A stretch of DNA of 64,000 nucleotides from Octopus vulgaris (GCA_951406725.2 OX597815.1:29326001-29390000); one strand, 5' to 3'. Shown: positions 23,717 to 36,939, counted from the stretch's first letter. Made by a program: numbers and translations. The notes: a model not told the origin generated them from the sequence alone.

Positions 23717-24510
23717 AAGGGAGATAACTCATATTTACTTCTATGACTGGCAGAATCGTCAGAGCATCGGAAAAAAATTGCCACACATTTGTTCTGGTTC
23801 TCTACGTCTGGAATTTAAACCCCGTCGAAGGCAATGTTGCTTTTCACCCCTCGGGGATCGATAACAAAAACTACCAATCCAGTCAATTATCTAAACTAAC
23901 TCCCCTCCCCATCAAAATAACTGGTCTCGTACCAAAATTTGAAACCATTTCTAGTAAATTGGCCGAATCGTTAGCGCGTCGGACAAAATACCTTGCGGTA
24001 TTCGTATAACCTTTTTCGTTTCTCGTTCATATCTCGCCCAAGTTAACTTTTACCTTTCATTCTTCCGGAGATCGATAAAATAAATTACCAGTTAAGTACT
24101 GAGTCGATATATTTGATTGATCCCTCTCATTAAATTTCTAGCCATGTATACAAAGTATAGCCATTCTACTTGGGAAAACGTAGACTTACAAATGAAGAAA
24201 TTAATTATGTTAAAAGATAAGATTAATGTTACAAAGTTAATGATCAGTGTGTCATCCTAATCGTTAAGATGTTAATAGCTAAGACGAAAGAGAATGTGGA
24301 TAACACAGGTCTCTACTGTAGGTATCAGAAGCAACACTGCAGTCGAGAATCTTTTATTGTTGAGATTAATTGTTTCCATGAGGAAAGCTGCATGTAACAA
24401 TTTAAGCATCCTGTTTGTGGAGGGATTTAACCTTCATTTGCTTAATGCTTTTGAATGCTGACTCTATGTATCCTTGTAGTCTGGGAAAGATTGACTAAAA
24501 GTTAGTTTCT

Positions 24511-25096
24511 TATTTCTTTATTACCCACAAGGGGGCTAAACTTAGAGGGGACAAACAAGGGATTAAGTCGATTACATGGACTCCAGTGCGTAACTGGTAT
24601 TTATTAATCGATCCCGAAAGGATGAAAGGCAAAGTCGACCTCGGAGGAATTTGAACTCAGAACGTAACGGCAGACGAAATACCTATTTCTTTATTACCCA
24701 CAAGGGGCTAAACACAGAGAGGACAAAGAAGGACAGACAAACGGATTAAGTTGATTACATTGACCCCAGTGCATAATTGGTACTTATTTAATTGACCCCC
24801 GAAAGGATGAAAGACAAAGTTGACCTCAGCGAAATTAGAACCCAGAACGTAACGGCAGACGAAATACCTATTTCTTTACTACCCACAAGGGGCTAAACAC
24901 AGATGGGACAAACAAGGACAGACAAACGGATTAAGTCGATTATATCGACCCCAGTGCGTAACTAGTAATTATTTAATCGACCCCGAAAGGATGAAAGGCA
25001 AAGTCGACCTCGGCGGAATTGGAACTCAGAACGTAACGGCAAACGAAATACCGCTAAGCATTTCGCCCGGCGTGCTAACGATTCTGCCAGCTTGCC
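24511..25096 (-). mobile_element. SINE family C tandem trimer
   Basis: One tRNA-like head (25053-25096) plus three units of about 173-185 bp, all flanked by the 10-bp direct repeat GTTAGTTTCT. Confidence 0.85.
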
Positions 25097-25779
25097 GTTA
25101 GTTTCTGATAGATGAATACTTTCCTGGAATGTACTTTACACCACAAAGCTTGTTAGAAGAAGTCATTAAAAGAAAGAAAGACAAGTGAAATAACACTTTT
25201 CTATTTTTCTATATGCATTACATAGCAATAGCACCACTTTGCAGCTGATGCAGGCACACATCATAGTTTATATAAACGTGTGAGTGTATGTATGTATATA
25301 TATGTGCATGCATATACACATACACACTCTTGATTAGATATGAGGCTGGAATGAAAAAAATTACAAAACTTTGGAATTTCATATTGAAGAAACTAAATAC
25401 TGTCTGTTATTTAGTCTGGAAATCTCCAAATTCTGGCAGTTTAGCAGTCTAGCTGTGCGCGCGCGCGTGTGTGAAAGAGAGAGAGTGTGTGAGAAGGTGA
25501 GAGAGAGAGAGTGTGTGAAAAGGTGAGAGAGATATATGAATAGGCTGAGTGCCTTGTAACATATGTTCCACTTTGTTCAAATATTGCTGAAATCAAATTT
25601 GACTTCTATCTTTTTAGAGTTAATAAAATGCATCAGCCCATGGGGTGGTTTATCACAACTTTTAGGGTGTTGGATGTTGACGCTTTGCATTCTGACAACA
25701 GCACCTATGATGATACTGGTGCCAAATTGTATCTGTACCTTTTCCCTTGGATAACATCAGTGGTGTAGAGACGAGCAAT

Positions 25780-27330
25780 TTGATCATGACATATTTATCC
25801 CCTACTACTCATCTTTATGCCCAGATTCTGAAATTCAAATCTTATAAAACCTGAAAAATGGACACATGGAGCTCTAAAATGTGGGAGTTAAGGCCCCTAT
25901 TAGGGGAGGGGAGGTCTTAAAGTCAACCAGAGAAGTTGAATTGTTGGGAATCTTTTTTTAACTTGTGTCTTACATTTATTGTTCAAATTTCTTTGAAATC
26001 GGAAATATATGAATGTTCACTAGATTTGTAAAAGAGAGCAAAGCTACAGGAAACTAAAAGATAAATGATCACAATAAGCAGTCAATTACCTTACCCTGGT
26101 TGTTACCACTCCCCAATGTAGGATTCCTCACCATACAGGTGACTGGCACAGCCGTAAGATGCATTACGGATCTATAGTAATTGGAAAGGTGTGACCAAAC
26201 TCAAATAAACATTAACAACTGTGACATGAGGGCTAAGGGGAAATGAATGTGTCACCTCTGGAGTTTGCCAATGATCACAAGGCTTATAGAATAAATTTGC
26301 AATCTATAAATCCTTTGAATGACCAATCATTTATCTGGAAAGGCCTTGAAATCAATGTTACCATCTGGGGACTATCTTTGACCCAGTGATAATAAAAAGA
26401 CTCAAAGGAGGTCTGCAACCAAATAATTTTACTCAAAATAACACTTTGCAACTGAATCAGTGGAAGCAAAGATGTCTCTCCTTTACTCGACAATTTATGC
26501 ACCACATTGCAGAAATCACTATCTAAGTATATCTCAAAGCAAACTCTTACACTGTTGTACCATTGAATTACAAATAACACTCATCTTGTATGCTCTGGTG
26601 ACTCTACAGCTTCCAAGACTACAATTGTATTCATCTTGGCTTAGGAAAAATGACTAAATTATGGGGATTAAGTCCCCATTAAGGGGTCTTACTATCTAAG
26701 AAGTTGAAATTTTTGGAATATTACTTCATTTGTGTCTGATATCTATGGTTAAAATTTCATCAACAGCAAAAATTTATGATTTTTTGTGGGGTTATGGCCT
26801 CATTTATGCCCCCTCACTTTCAAACATATACTACACTACATCTGTCCTTATGCATAGAATATAATTTCCAAATTTCATAAAGATCCATTCGGTACTTTTG
26901 ACCTAGTTTTGGATCATAAAAAATTACTAAAATTTGGGAGTTAAGGCCCCCATTAGGGGATCTTAGAAACCTCATGAGAAGCAGAAACTTTATGAATACT
27001 GCTTGATGTGTGTCAATTACCTATGGTTGAAATTTCATCAACATTGGAAATTTATGAATTTTCATGTGGGGTTCTGCCCCCTTTAAGCCACCTCAAGTTC
27101 AAACCAAACATACTGCATTATACTCGCCCTTATGCATTGAATTTAAATTCCAAATATCATAAGGATCAATTCAGTAATTTTGGTCCATGAAATTGTATGA
27201 AACATACAGCATTACCCTTCTTCCTAGGCTTGGATTTTGTATTCCAAATTTCATTAGGATTGGTGCAGTAGTTTTCGAGTCTATAAGCAAAACACAGACA
27301 CACAAAGACATTGACTTTTATATAATAGAT
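25780..27330 (-). mobile_element. Old Helitron-like element with internal repeats of about 270 bp
   Basis: Repeated GGGAGTTAAGGCCCC(T/C)ATTAGGGG-like blocks at about 25883, 26663 and 26936. The minus-strand terminus ATCTATTATATAAAA lies at 27330. Confidence 0.45.
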
Positions 27331-27815
27331 ATATATGTGCACATATACTTACATGTATATATGTATGTATGTGTGTTTGTGTATTATATATAAATATACA
27401 CAGAAAGATAAATTGATAGATACAATTGAGTGGGCAAACAAAAATATGAGACACTGCCTTGAAGAATTTTTTGTTGAATGAATCGACCCCAGTGCTTTTT
27501 TTATATTTTGATAAGGCTGGTACTTATTCTATAGGTCTCTTCTTGTAAAACCAGTAAATTATGGGGATGTAAATAAACCAACACCAGTTGTTAAGCAGTG
27601 GTGTAGGAGAAACACAGTCACAAAGACACACACACTTACATTATATATATATATATGATGAATTTCTTTGAGTTTCTGTCTACAAAATCTGCTCACAAGG
27701 CTTTAGCTGGTCTGAGGCTATAGCAGAAGACACATGCCAAGTTACCACACAGTGGGACTGAACCCAGGACCACGTGCTTTGAAACCAAATTTTTTACCAC
27801 ACAGCCACACCTGCA

Positions 27816-27860
<45 letters not shown>

Positions 27861-27909
27861 GCAATTTTTAATTTGTATTCTCTTATTTTTTTTTTTTTTT
27901 TAATAAATA

Positions 27910-30900
27910 GATGAGAGTTGGATAGAGCTCCTCTGTTTACCCAACCCATGGTGAAGGCTGTCTATCTAGGAGAAAGTAACTCTGAATTTAAATACTTCAT
28001 TGCTGTCTTGTAGTTAGCTTTTGGTTGGGCAAAGACTGGGAGAAGGACACACTGATATAAAACCTGTGACTGCAAATGCACCCAATGAATGTCACTTGCT
28101 CTTCTTTTTGGATCATGCTTTGTAATTTAGAGAGTGGGAATGGTTGCTGTGCAAAACTTTTCCTCACTTTAAAAAGTGTCAAGCACAGGTATTGCTGGAA
28201 AGGAAAAATAAATGGACATCTTGGCCTAAGCTTAAAAAGGTACATCTAAACAATGAAAGTTCATACTGATAATGAAATAAATGGCAAAAAGGGCTCTGGA
28301 ACATTTTGTTCTATGGTCTGGCCCAGCAGGTGTCCCAGTGCACCACAGCCTGGAACCAGTCATCATCTTGCAACTGTGAGTAAATTCAAGTTAAGAATCA
28401 AGCCTATAAATATAGGATGTTGGAATGTTCGAACGTTATTAGACAATAATTGTCTGAAATCTCATCCAGAGAGAAGATCCACGCTTGTTGCAAAAGAGTT
28501 AAAGCGATATGATTTGGATGTTGTAGCATTATCCAAAACAAGAATTCATGGAAAGAGGAATTTTGTAGAGAAATCTGCTGGGTATCATTTATTTTGGAGC
28601 AGTAGAGAGGAGGCCTATAAGAGAGAATCAGGAGTGGGGTTTACTATCAAAACCACCCTGACTTCAAAACTTGAGGAACTACCATGTGGTCATTCGGATT
28701 GTTTAATGTCTTTAAGACTGCCATTAAGAAAAGGTCGTTATGCAACACTCATAAGGTCATATGCTCCAACTATGAATTCATCAGAGGATGATAAACTTGC
28801 CTCCCAGCTATCACTTGCAGAGATTATATGAAATATCCCCCATGATGACAGTATTGTCATTTTTGGGTGACTTTAATGCTTGTGTTGGTTCAGATTGGGA
28901 GACTTGGGGTGTCCTAGGAAAGCATGGAGGTGGGAGTTCCAACAGTAATGGTTTGCTGCTGTTACAAATGTGCATGGAGATGGATTTATGTGTCATGAAT
29001 ACAATGTTTCTACTAAAGAATAAGTATAAAATGACATGGATACACCCTGGTTCTAAGAAATGGCATCTAATAGATTACATTCTCACCAGGAAACGAGACA
29101 GCAGGGACTTTGCTATTGTACGAGTGATGCGTGATGCAGAGTGCTGGACTGGCTTTTGTGTGCCAAGGTGAATTTTGTTGTCAAGCCTAAGGTTAGAGCA
29201 AATATTGACAAATTACCTTAATGGATTGATGTCAATAAACTTAAGATTCTGTCAGTACACAGTGAGTTTGTGAGTGAGATAAAATAATTTGTCCTGTGAT
29301 GGAAGCTGGAAGTCATTCAAAGAAAGAATGTATGAGATTTGTAGTAACCAAGATTGGCTTGATGATAATGATGAAGTTAATCTTATCTTAGAGGAGAAGC
29401 AAAAGGCATTTAACATGTTGCAAAATGTTGACATGTCAACAAACAGGACAGTGACTACATATTTCAAGGCAGTAAAAGCAACAGTGCAGAGGAAGCTACT
29501 GATGATGCAGGAAAATTGGTGGAGTGATAGATGCGATGAAATCCAAGAAGCTTCAAATGCTAACAATTCCAAACTTTATTACTCTTTCTTGGAAAAAGTT
29601 TATGAACCAGTTTCATCAAAGGTTGCATCACTTTGGAGCAAGGATGGCACAGAATTATTAACAAATCCTAAAGATATTTTTGGGAGATGGAAAGAACATT
29701 TTGATGAGTTGCTCAATAGACCCACTGAAGTTGATCTCTCTTTTCTTGATAATATACCTGAGAGACCAATAAAACATCTTATAGCAGAAGTTCCAAGCCT
29801 GGCTGAAATAAAAGCAGCAATTAGGAAATTGAACAATGGAAAAGCCCTTGGTATGGATGGACTAGGTGCAGAGATATATAAATATGGTGGTGATCATCTT
29901 TGTGCAATGTTGATGGATGTGATTCAAAGGGTTTGCCAAAGTGAAGAGATTCCTCCGGATAGTCATGATGCTACTATGGAGATACTATATAAATCTAAAG
30001 GTGGAAAGGATGTTTGTGATAATTATCGCGGCATCTGTCTGTTAGCTGCTGCTAGAAAGGTCCTCTGTAGGATAATGCTAGGCAGATTGCTTCTGCACAT
30101 TGCTGATGAGGTTCTACCAGAATCACAATGTGGGTTTAGGAATAGTAGGAGTACTATGGATGTGATATTTTCAGCTAGACAGTTGCAAGAGAAATGCATC
30201 GAACAGGATATGGACTTATACCAGGTTTTTATCGACCTAACAAAAGCATTTGATTCTATCAATAGAATTGCATTTTGGGAGATCCTAAAAAAGCTAGGAT
30301 GTCCTGAAATCTTTGTGAGAAAGCTTAGACAATTTCATGACAAGATGGAAGTGAGAGTTAATGTCAGAGGTACCTTATCAGATCCAATTTCTGTAGAAAA
30401 TGGTTTAAAGCAAGGTAATATTCCTGCTCCTACACTGTTTGCTATATATTTCGCAATAGTCTTTCAGATAGCTTTTAAAGGTTGTGCTGAAGGGGTCTTT
30501 ATAAGATATAGGACAACAGGAAAACTGTTCAATCTCAAAAGACTCTGTGCCAAAACAAAAGTTCTGCATTCTCATCTTATTGAGTTTCTGTATGCAGATG
30601 ATTGCGACCAGTTGGCACATTCTCAGAAAGATATGCAGCACATGGTGAATGCAATTTCTGCAGCATGTGCAGCATTGGGTCTAACAATCAATCTAAAAAA
30701 AAACTTTTATAATGTACCAGCTTGCTCCCTCCAAGATGTATGTGGAACCTTTTATAACTGTGAATGGTCAAAGGTTGGAGACTGTACCCAGATTTATTTA
30801 TTTAGGAAGTACCATGAGCATGCTGGTCTTGATGATGAAATTTCATACAGAATCAGCAGGGCTGGTAGTGCATGATAGGCATCTGTGGAAACAGCATAAC

Positions 30901-31810
30901 ATATCTTCACAAATTGAAGTTAAGGTGCATAACACATGCCTCCTCCCAAATTTGCTATAGGAAAGTGAGGCATGGGTTGTTTACTGAAGGCGGGTAAGGC
31001 AATTGGAACGATTTCATCAATACTGTCTGAGAAAAATGTTGGGGATAAACTGGAAAATGGCCATTAATAATGTGGAGATGCTTGAGAGGAGTGGCAGTAG
31101 AAGCATAGAGTCAATAATTTTGCAAAGATGTTTGAGTTGGGGGGGGGGGGCACATTTGGTAAGGATGAGTGATGAGTGACTGCTCAAGCAGCTATTGTAT
31201 GGTGGGCTGGTAGATGGCAGGAGACCAGTGCATAAGCGTAAACTAAGGTTTAAGGATTGCCTTAAAAATGCTTTAATACAGACAGGAATTGCAGCTGGTA
31301 ATTGGGAAAGGAGGGAGGCACAAGACTGTGATGGATGCAGGAAGATAGTGCATGATGGTTGTTCAAGGTTTGAGAGGGAGAGAGTGAAGTATGAGAGAAT
31401 TATGAGGGGGATTAGAAGAAGGGAACCTGTGGAAAGTGAGAGTGTTGCTTTTTATGTGTGTGGTTTGTGGCGGGGTGTTTGAGTTGTGCAGGCCTGGTGA
31501 GCCACCAAAATTCTCACAGAAATCAACCCATGATAAACAATGATGTGGCTATTAAAATTCATAACAGAACGTGTGCAAAATGTGGAAGGGTGTGCCTCTC
31601 AGTTGGAAGTCTAAAAAGACATGTTAAGAGAGTGCATATGGTGGCACCTGTTTCTCCTGCCAGCCAGCACAGTTGTCTAGTATGTAATAAAATGTGTAAA
31701 AGCTTGGCCGGGCTTAAAAGTCACATAAGGGCATCACGTGGCAACAATCATGAATCATTTCAGTAAGTCTTCTTGGCAATGGCTTTTCTCATGTAACAAG
31801 GATGCAGCTG
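27910..31810 (+). mobile_element. Near full-length decayed RTE-clade LINE (APE endonuclease, RT, C-terminal C2H2 fingers)
   Basis: Frameshifted ORFs 28253-28831 (IGCWNVRTL, SYAPT), 28788-29171 (GDFNA, WHLIDYIL), 29289-30875 (NYRGICLL, LPESQCGFR, FIDLTKAFDS, LKQG, LYADD) and 31195-31766 (zinc fingers). Ends in a TA-rich tail. Confidence 0.93.
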
Positions 31811-32018
31811 TGATATATGTATATATATGTACATATATATATATATATATATGTATGTAAATATAGATATAAAAATGCATGTATATATGTATACATACAT
31901 ACATATATATATATATATACCGGAGTAAACACATAAATGTGAAACAAGGTGGAAACAAGAGTACTCAAATACCAGTGGTAGAGTAATATGCTTTATTTTA
32001 AGCAGCAGAAAATTCAAC

Positions 32019-32065
32019 AAAATCTGTTACTCTGAGTTTCTCGTTGCCGTTCATCAGACAGTTTT
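32019..32065 (-). ncRNA. Minimal type-I hammerhead motif (left arm of inverted repeat)
   Basis: Exact reverse complement of 32081-32127. Confidence 0.7.
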
Positions 32066-32080
32066 TTTTGCATTCTAGCA

Positions 32081-32127
32081 AAAACTGTCTGATGAACGGC
32101 AACGAGAAACTCAGAGTAACAGATTTT
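32081..32127 (+). ncRNA. Minimal type-I hammerhead motif (Penelope-LTR type)
   Basis: aaaaCUGU CUGAUGA a-CG-GCAA-CG-a GAA ACUC-A-GAGU A ACAG auuuu: canonical core, GUA cleavage triplet and GNRA loop on stem II. Confidence 0.72.
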
Positions 32128-32155
32128 GTTGAATTTTCTGCTGCTTAAAATAAAG

Positions 32156-32186
<31 letters not shown>

Positions 32187-32426
32187 AAGATGCCGACAAC
32201 CACTTGGTTCAAAGTTTCTCTTGACCAGAAATGCCCTGAACTCTTTGTATGACCATCCTCCCTGTACATGACTCCCTGTCCCCCTACATGGCCTTGCTTT
32301 TGCTTTTTGAGCCAATAAAAATTGAATTGAATATATATACACACACATGCATATATATATATATATATACATACACACACACACATATATATATACACAC
32401 ACACACATACATACATATATATATAT

Positions 32427-32927
32427 CAAAATCAAATCAAAATCAATTCGATGACTGGCATCTGTGCTAGCGGGGTGCAAAGAGCACCATACTAGTGTGA
32501 TCGTTACCAGCGTCACTTTACTGGCACTTTGGCACTCATGCCTGTGCTAGTAGGGTGCTAAGAGCACCATCCGGGTGTAATCGTTGCTAGAGCAGCCAAC
32601 TGGCTTCCGTACCCATGGCACGTACAAGGGCACCGTTTGAGCGTGATCATTACCAATGTTGCTTCACTGGCACCTGTGCTGGTGGCACGCATAAAAAAAG
32701 ATTCGAGCGAGGTCATTGCCAGTACTGCCTGACTGGCCCTCCATGCCAGTGGCACGTAAAAAGCACCCACTACACTCTCGTAGTGGTTGGCGTTAGGAAG
32801 GGCATCCAGCTGTAGAAATTCTGCCAGATCAAGATTGGAGCCTGGTGCAGCCATCTGGCTCGCCAGCCCTCAGTCAAAATCGTCCAACCCATGCTAGCAT
32901 GGAAAGCGGACGTTAAACGATGATGAT
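32427..32927 (+). mobile_element. (GAT)n-tailed retroposon, longer copy
   Basis: Same 3' end as 1-143 and 9080-9308, with internal repeated CACCATCC/GTGATCGTT modules. Confidence 0.75.
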
Positions 32928-32989
32928 TGATTGACTGGCTCTAATAGAAAAACAATTTCTAATCAATGAAAAAATAAAAGAAAAACTTC

Positions 32990-35900
32990 AGTTTTGGTTA
33001 ACAATATTTTATTCAGTAATATCTCATAACACCTTTAAGAGAAAGAAAAAGTCATCTGTCCGCGATTTATGCTGTGCAGCTTCAAGAGCTCAGAGTACAA
33101 AAAGTTAACCTTAGTAAGGAGAACCGATGCTTCTCTAAAAAGAAAACTGATTAAAAACAGAAAAAAAAAGGACCATAATTTCAAACATTGAAATTTGCTG
33201 CACTTCAGTAAACTGATTAAAAAAAAAATATTAAAAAAAAAAATTTTAAATATTAAACCAATTATGGACAGCCCTCTGCATGTGTCATTGTTGAATAGAA
33301 AGTTATAATAAAGTAGAAGTAAAATGAAAATAAACAGGTTGTACTAAAGAGTAAACTGGTTTCATAAGTAAACAAAAAAAAAAAGATAAGAATATTAATC
33401 TCTCATTACATAATCAACATTGTTGCTAAATTTCCAAAAATATAAAAAGACCATAAAAAAATAAGAGCATGAATGTGTATGTGTGTAAATGCTTATGAAC
33501 ATATGTGTATGCATGATGATGTAGAAATTGTGTTTTTCTTAAAGTCAGTATGGTTTAATTATCAGAACTCCCCCTCTCATAGATTGTATCAAAACGCAAT
33601 CTGTTGTTTTATGGAAGAAAATCCAATGCTAAATCAACAAGACTGAGGCTACTACTTCTTGTACAATATTGTATAATAAATGCTGAGATTACTTCTAACA
33701 TAAATAATTATGATTTCTCAAAAAGGTTTTAGGCTTCAGAGTTATAAGAAAGTGGGTAATTTGATGTAGTTAATGTTCCTGCTTTTCCAAAGAGTATTAG
33801 TAACGAAGTGAAATGAGATGGATATAAGCAGAAAATTGGAAGTTCATGTTACTACCATTTTCACTACAATTTTAAGTATAAACTCATTATGAATTTAACC
33901 TTATAGCATTTAAACCAAAGATATCCAGCGCAAATATTGTATGATTTATAGTTAAACTAGCCAGATCTGGCCTCTCACATCAACCCTACACTGTCATCCC
34001 ATAAATAAACAATCACGTTATTGAAATTTCAAAGCTATGAGATAATGCACGATTAATTTAAAACAATGTATAAATAAGCATTACATTTCACAGAGTAATA
34101 TTAATGCTAAAGGGTTAACTAAGTTTAAAACTAGTAGAAAATTGTAAATCAAACTAGAGATATACATTCTTGAATATCAATCTGTCACCTGTGGTGCCAG
34201 ACAGATGCTGACACTTAAAAAAAAGGTGTCTTTAAAACATCATTAAAATTAACAAGCAAAGTCAAGTGAAAAAAGCAGTCTTGAGTTACTTTCAATGTAT
34301 ACCTTTGAAGCTACAAAACGTAACTCCAGCAAAATTAGCAAGTGGTGATATAGTTTTTACGTGTGAAAATGGATCAGAATCAAGAAATATAGGTTATTGA
34401 ACGAGTCACAGGTGTTGTGTGTAGGTCGCCAACCAATTTGTATTCAGTCATCAGTTATACAGTGTCTGAGGCAAAGATACTAAACTTTCAATAAAACAGT
34501 CGATAAAGAGAAAACTAATTCACTATCATAATCAGTATTTTATTAGCTTGAACAGTTAGGTTTTCATATCCATGAAGAATGATATGTTTCAACTAGTTGA
34601 AATGTTTCAGTGATCAATGAAACCAAGTTCAATTTTAGCCCCAATTAAAACTTTAGTTTTAGCACTGTATGACACTTTGTTCAGATCTAGCACTTCAGAA
34701 TAACACTGCATCATTTTATTGTACTTCAGTTATGAATAAAATTGCATTCAGTTTAATTGTCATATGACATTTCACTTTGAATAAATGTATCCAGTTCTAA
34801 CATTTTATTGAAGAAAACAAGAATTTAGTTTTGGCACGATGTGGCACTTCAGTGAAAAATAAAAGGACAAAATAAATTAGTAAATATTTAGCAACTATCT
34901 TATTTTTAAACTGATTAAGTTATTCTTAGAGAAAAGTTACTTGCTGTAACAGCTATAGACTACTAGGTCCATGAAAACTTGTTTATAAATAAGACCATTT
35001 TTGTGTAGGTTTTATGGTTAAACATTATTTTATGGTTTAATCAGAGGAGAAATGGTAGCATCTGTGACCTTTTATGCAAGGTTTTAGTGACTTGATGCTT
35101 CAGATCTGGTCCAAAAGATTGCACTGGAATGGAATCCACAAAAGGTACCCAAATAAACCAGAAGTTGCCTTTGAATGGAAATAAATGAAGTGTTTCAGAG
35201 GTCTCTGAGAATGAAAATCCTTCAGAAATGGTTACTTAAATAAATACTGAATTAAAAGAAATGTCATTGAAATGATAGAAATATTTTTATTTACTGTTTT
35301 AGATCAAGAGAAAACATTGGAACCCCCCCCCATCACTACAACCTAGAAATTGGAGACCACCCCTTTGTAAATCAACTTCATGTCTAATCTTTTGATAGAG
35401 GAAAAAAGTTAAGCTGCTTGTTTAAGGATATAACTTTAGCAATCGCACAAACACTTAAAACTTCTGAATATAGAACTGAGGCTTCACTAATGCAATCTCT
35501 CTCCATTTGTGCATATTGATTAACTAATAAACCAGAACTTATATAAATAAAATATTTAGATATTCTATCTTTAAGAAGTAAAATAGGTACGTGGAGATAA
35601 TAGTCAGGACAATCTATTCTAATAGACTGCACTTGAGCAGACCTGATGAGAAAAACTACTTGCAATAACCATCAGTCATCCCTAACTGTTAATGGAACTT
35701 GAGTTACGAAATGTTCCTACAGTTTACGTCAGTATTGGCCCTTAAATCTGTTGAACCAACAAAGGTGCCCCTAACCAACTGCTCAGTCTGTTAGAAATAG
35801 CAATCAAGTTTCCTTCAAATCACATCATACCATCTTGAAAATGAAAGGATACATTGGATAATGCAGTCCTAAGATGGCCATATCTGGAATGCTTTTGATC

Positions 35901-36792
35901 AATTAGAGTTTACAACTGTTAAAATAAAAATTGTCTATATCCTTCAGTCAACAAACCTTTTTTTTTTTCACTTCTATACAAGGCTGCCACATCTCTAGTT
36001 TTCAACCTAAACTTCACAATCTTTAACTTAACTCTAGCTAACATTGGTTGCTTATATAATTTTTTATCAATCATTCTTATTAGATCATATCTTTTACTTA
36101 AAGAATTTTGGCAGACAAAGCTAACTCAATTAGTAAGTACAGAAAGATAACCCCACCCCCATTTTAAAACACAATTCTAGCTTGACGTGTGATAGAACAT
36201 AGTGTAATATATGTTTTACAGTAAATGCTAATAAAAGAACAGTTTTTAATATAAGACCATTTATTTTGTCAGAGTTAACAATAGTAACAATTCATTTTCA
36301 TACACAATTATATATTAAAGCATATAGAAATTTATTTTATAATTTGTCATAGTAAATATTGTAGGCTATTGTTATAATTGAAATTTCAAATTTTTTATTG
36401 TTACCTATGGATGATACACATGATATAAATGATGTTTATTGAAAATCACTTAAATCTGGTACCATTTTGCATTAGGTTAATGGTCATATTCTATGTGAAG
36501 TGTAAAAGACAATGAAGTTGACTTGGCAAATCATTCCAAGAGGAATTCAACAATTGCTGATTAGAACTTGCTGTGCAGCTCAAAGACACTCTCCATTCTA
36601 TCTGCTGGCCAGTAACTAGAACACCGGATGACTGTATGTACATTAATTCTTATTGACTATCCGTGCAAAAGAGAGGCCTCTCAAGTCACCAAGTTTATCA
36701 CCTGATGTCACTCCTCCTCTTGCTTCCATAGCATCATCCATGAGCCTACCCTTTCACTTCTAAGCATTACCCACTGTACCATATTATGAATG
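32990..36792 (-). other. Candidate terminal exon / long 3' UTR of an unidentified minus-strand gene
   Basis: Acceptor TTTTCTTCTCTACAG| at 36793; transposon-poor, U-rich on the minus strand; AATAAA at 33013-33008 followed by a U-rich downstream element. Confidence 0.35.
33899..34114. mobile_element. piggyBac-like MITE
   Basis: TTAA|CCTTATAGCATT ... AATGCTAAAGGG|TTAA. Confidence 0.75.
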
Positions 36793-36939
36793 CTGTAGAG
36801 AAGAAAATTTGAGCTTATCAATATTTCTACATATAAAAGCATGTTTTGGTAACCGCAATAGAATAATATATGAAATTTCAGGAATGCATATTAGGATTTA
36901 AAATGAATTTCTTTAATGCATTAGTTTAAGGACTAATAC

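Noticed and set aside
24511-25096. Regularly spaced repeats that might suggest a CRISPR array
   Set aside because: Units are contiguous SINE bodies of about 180 bp with no unique spacers, in a eukaryotic context with no cas genes.
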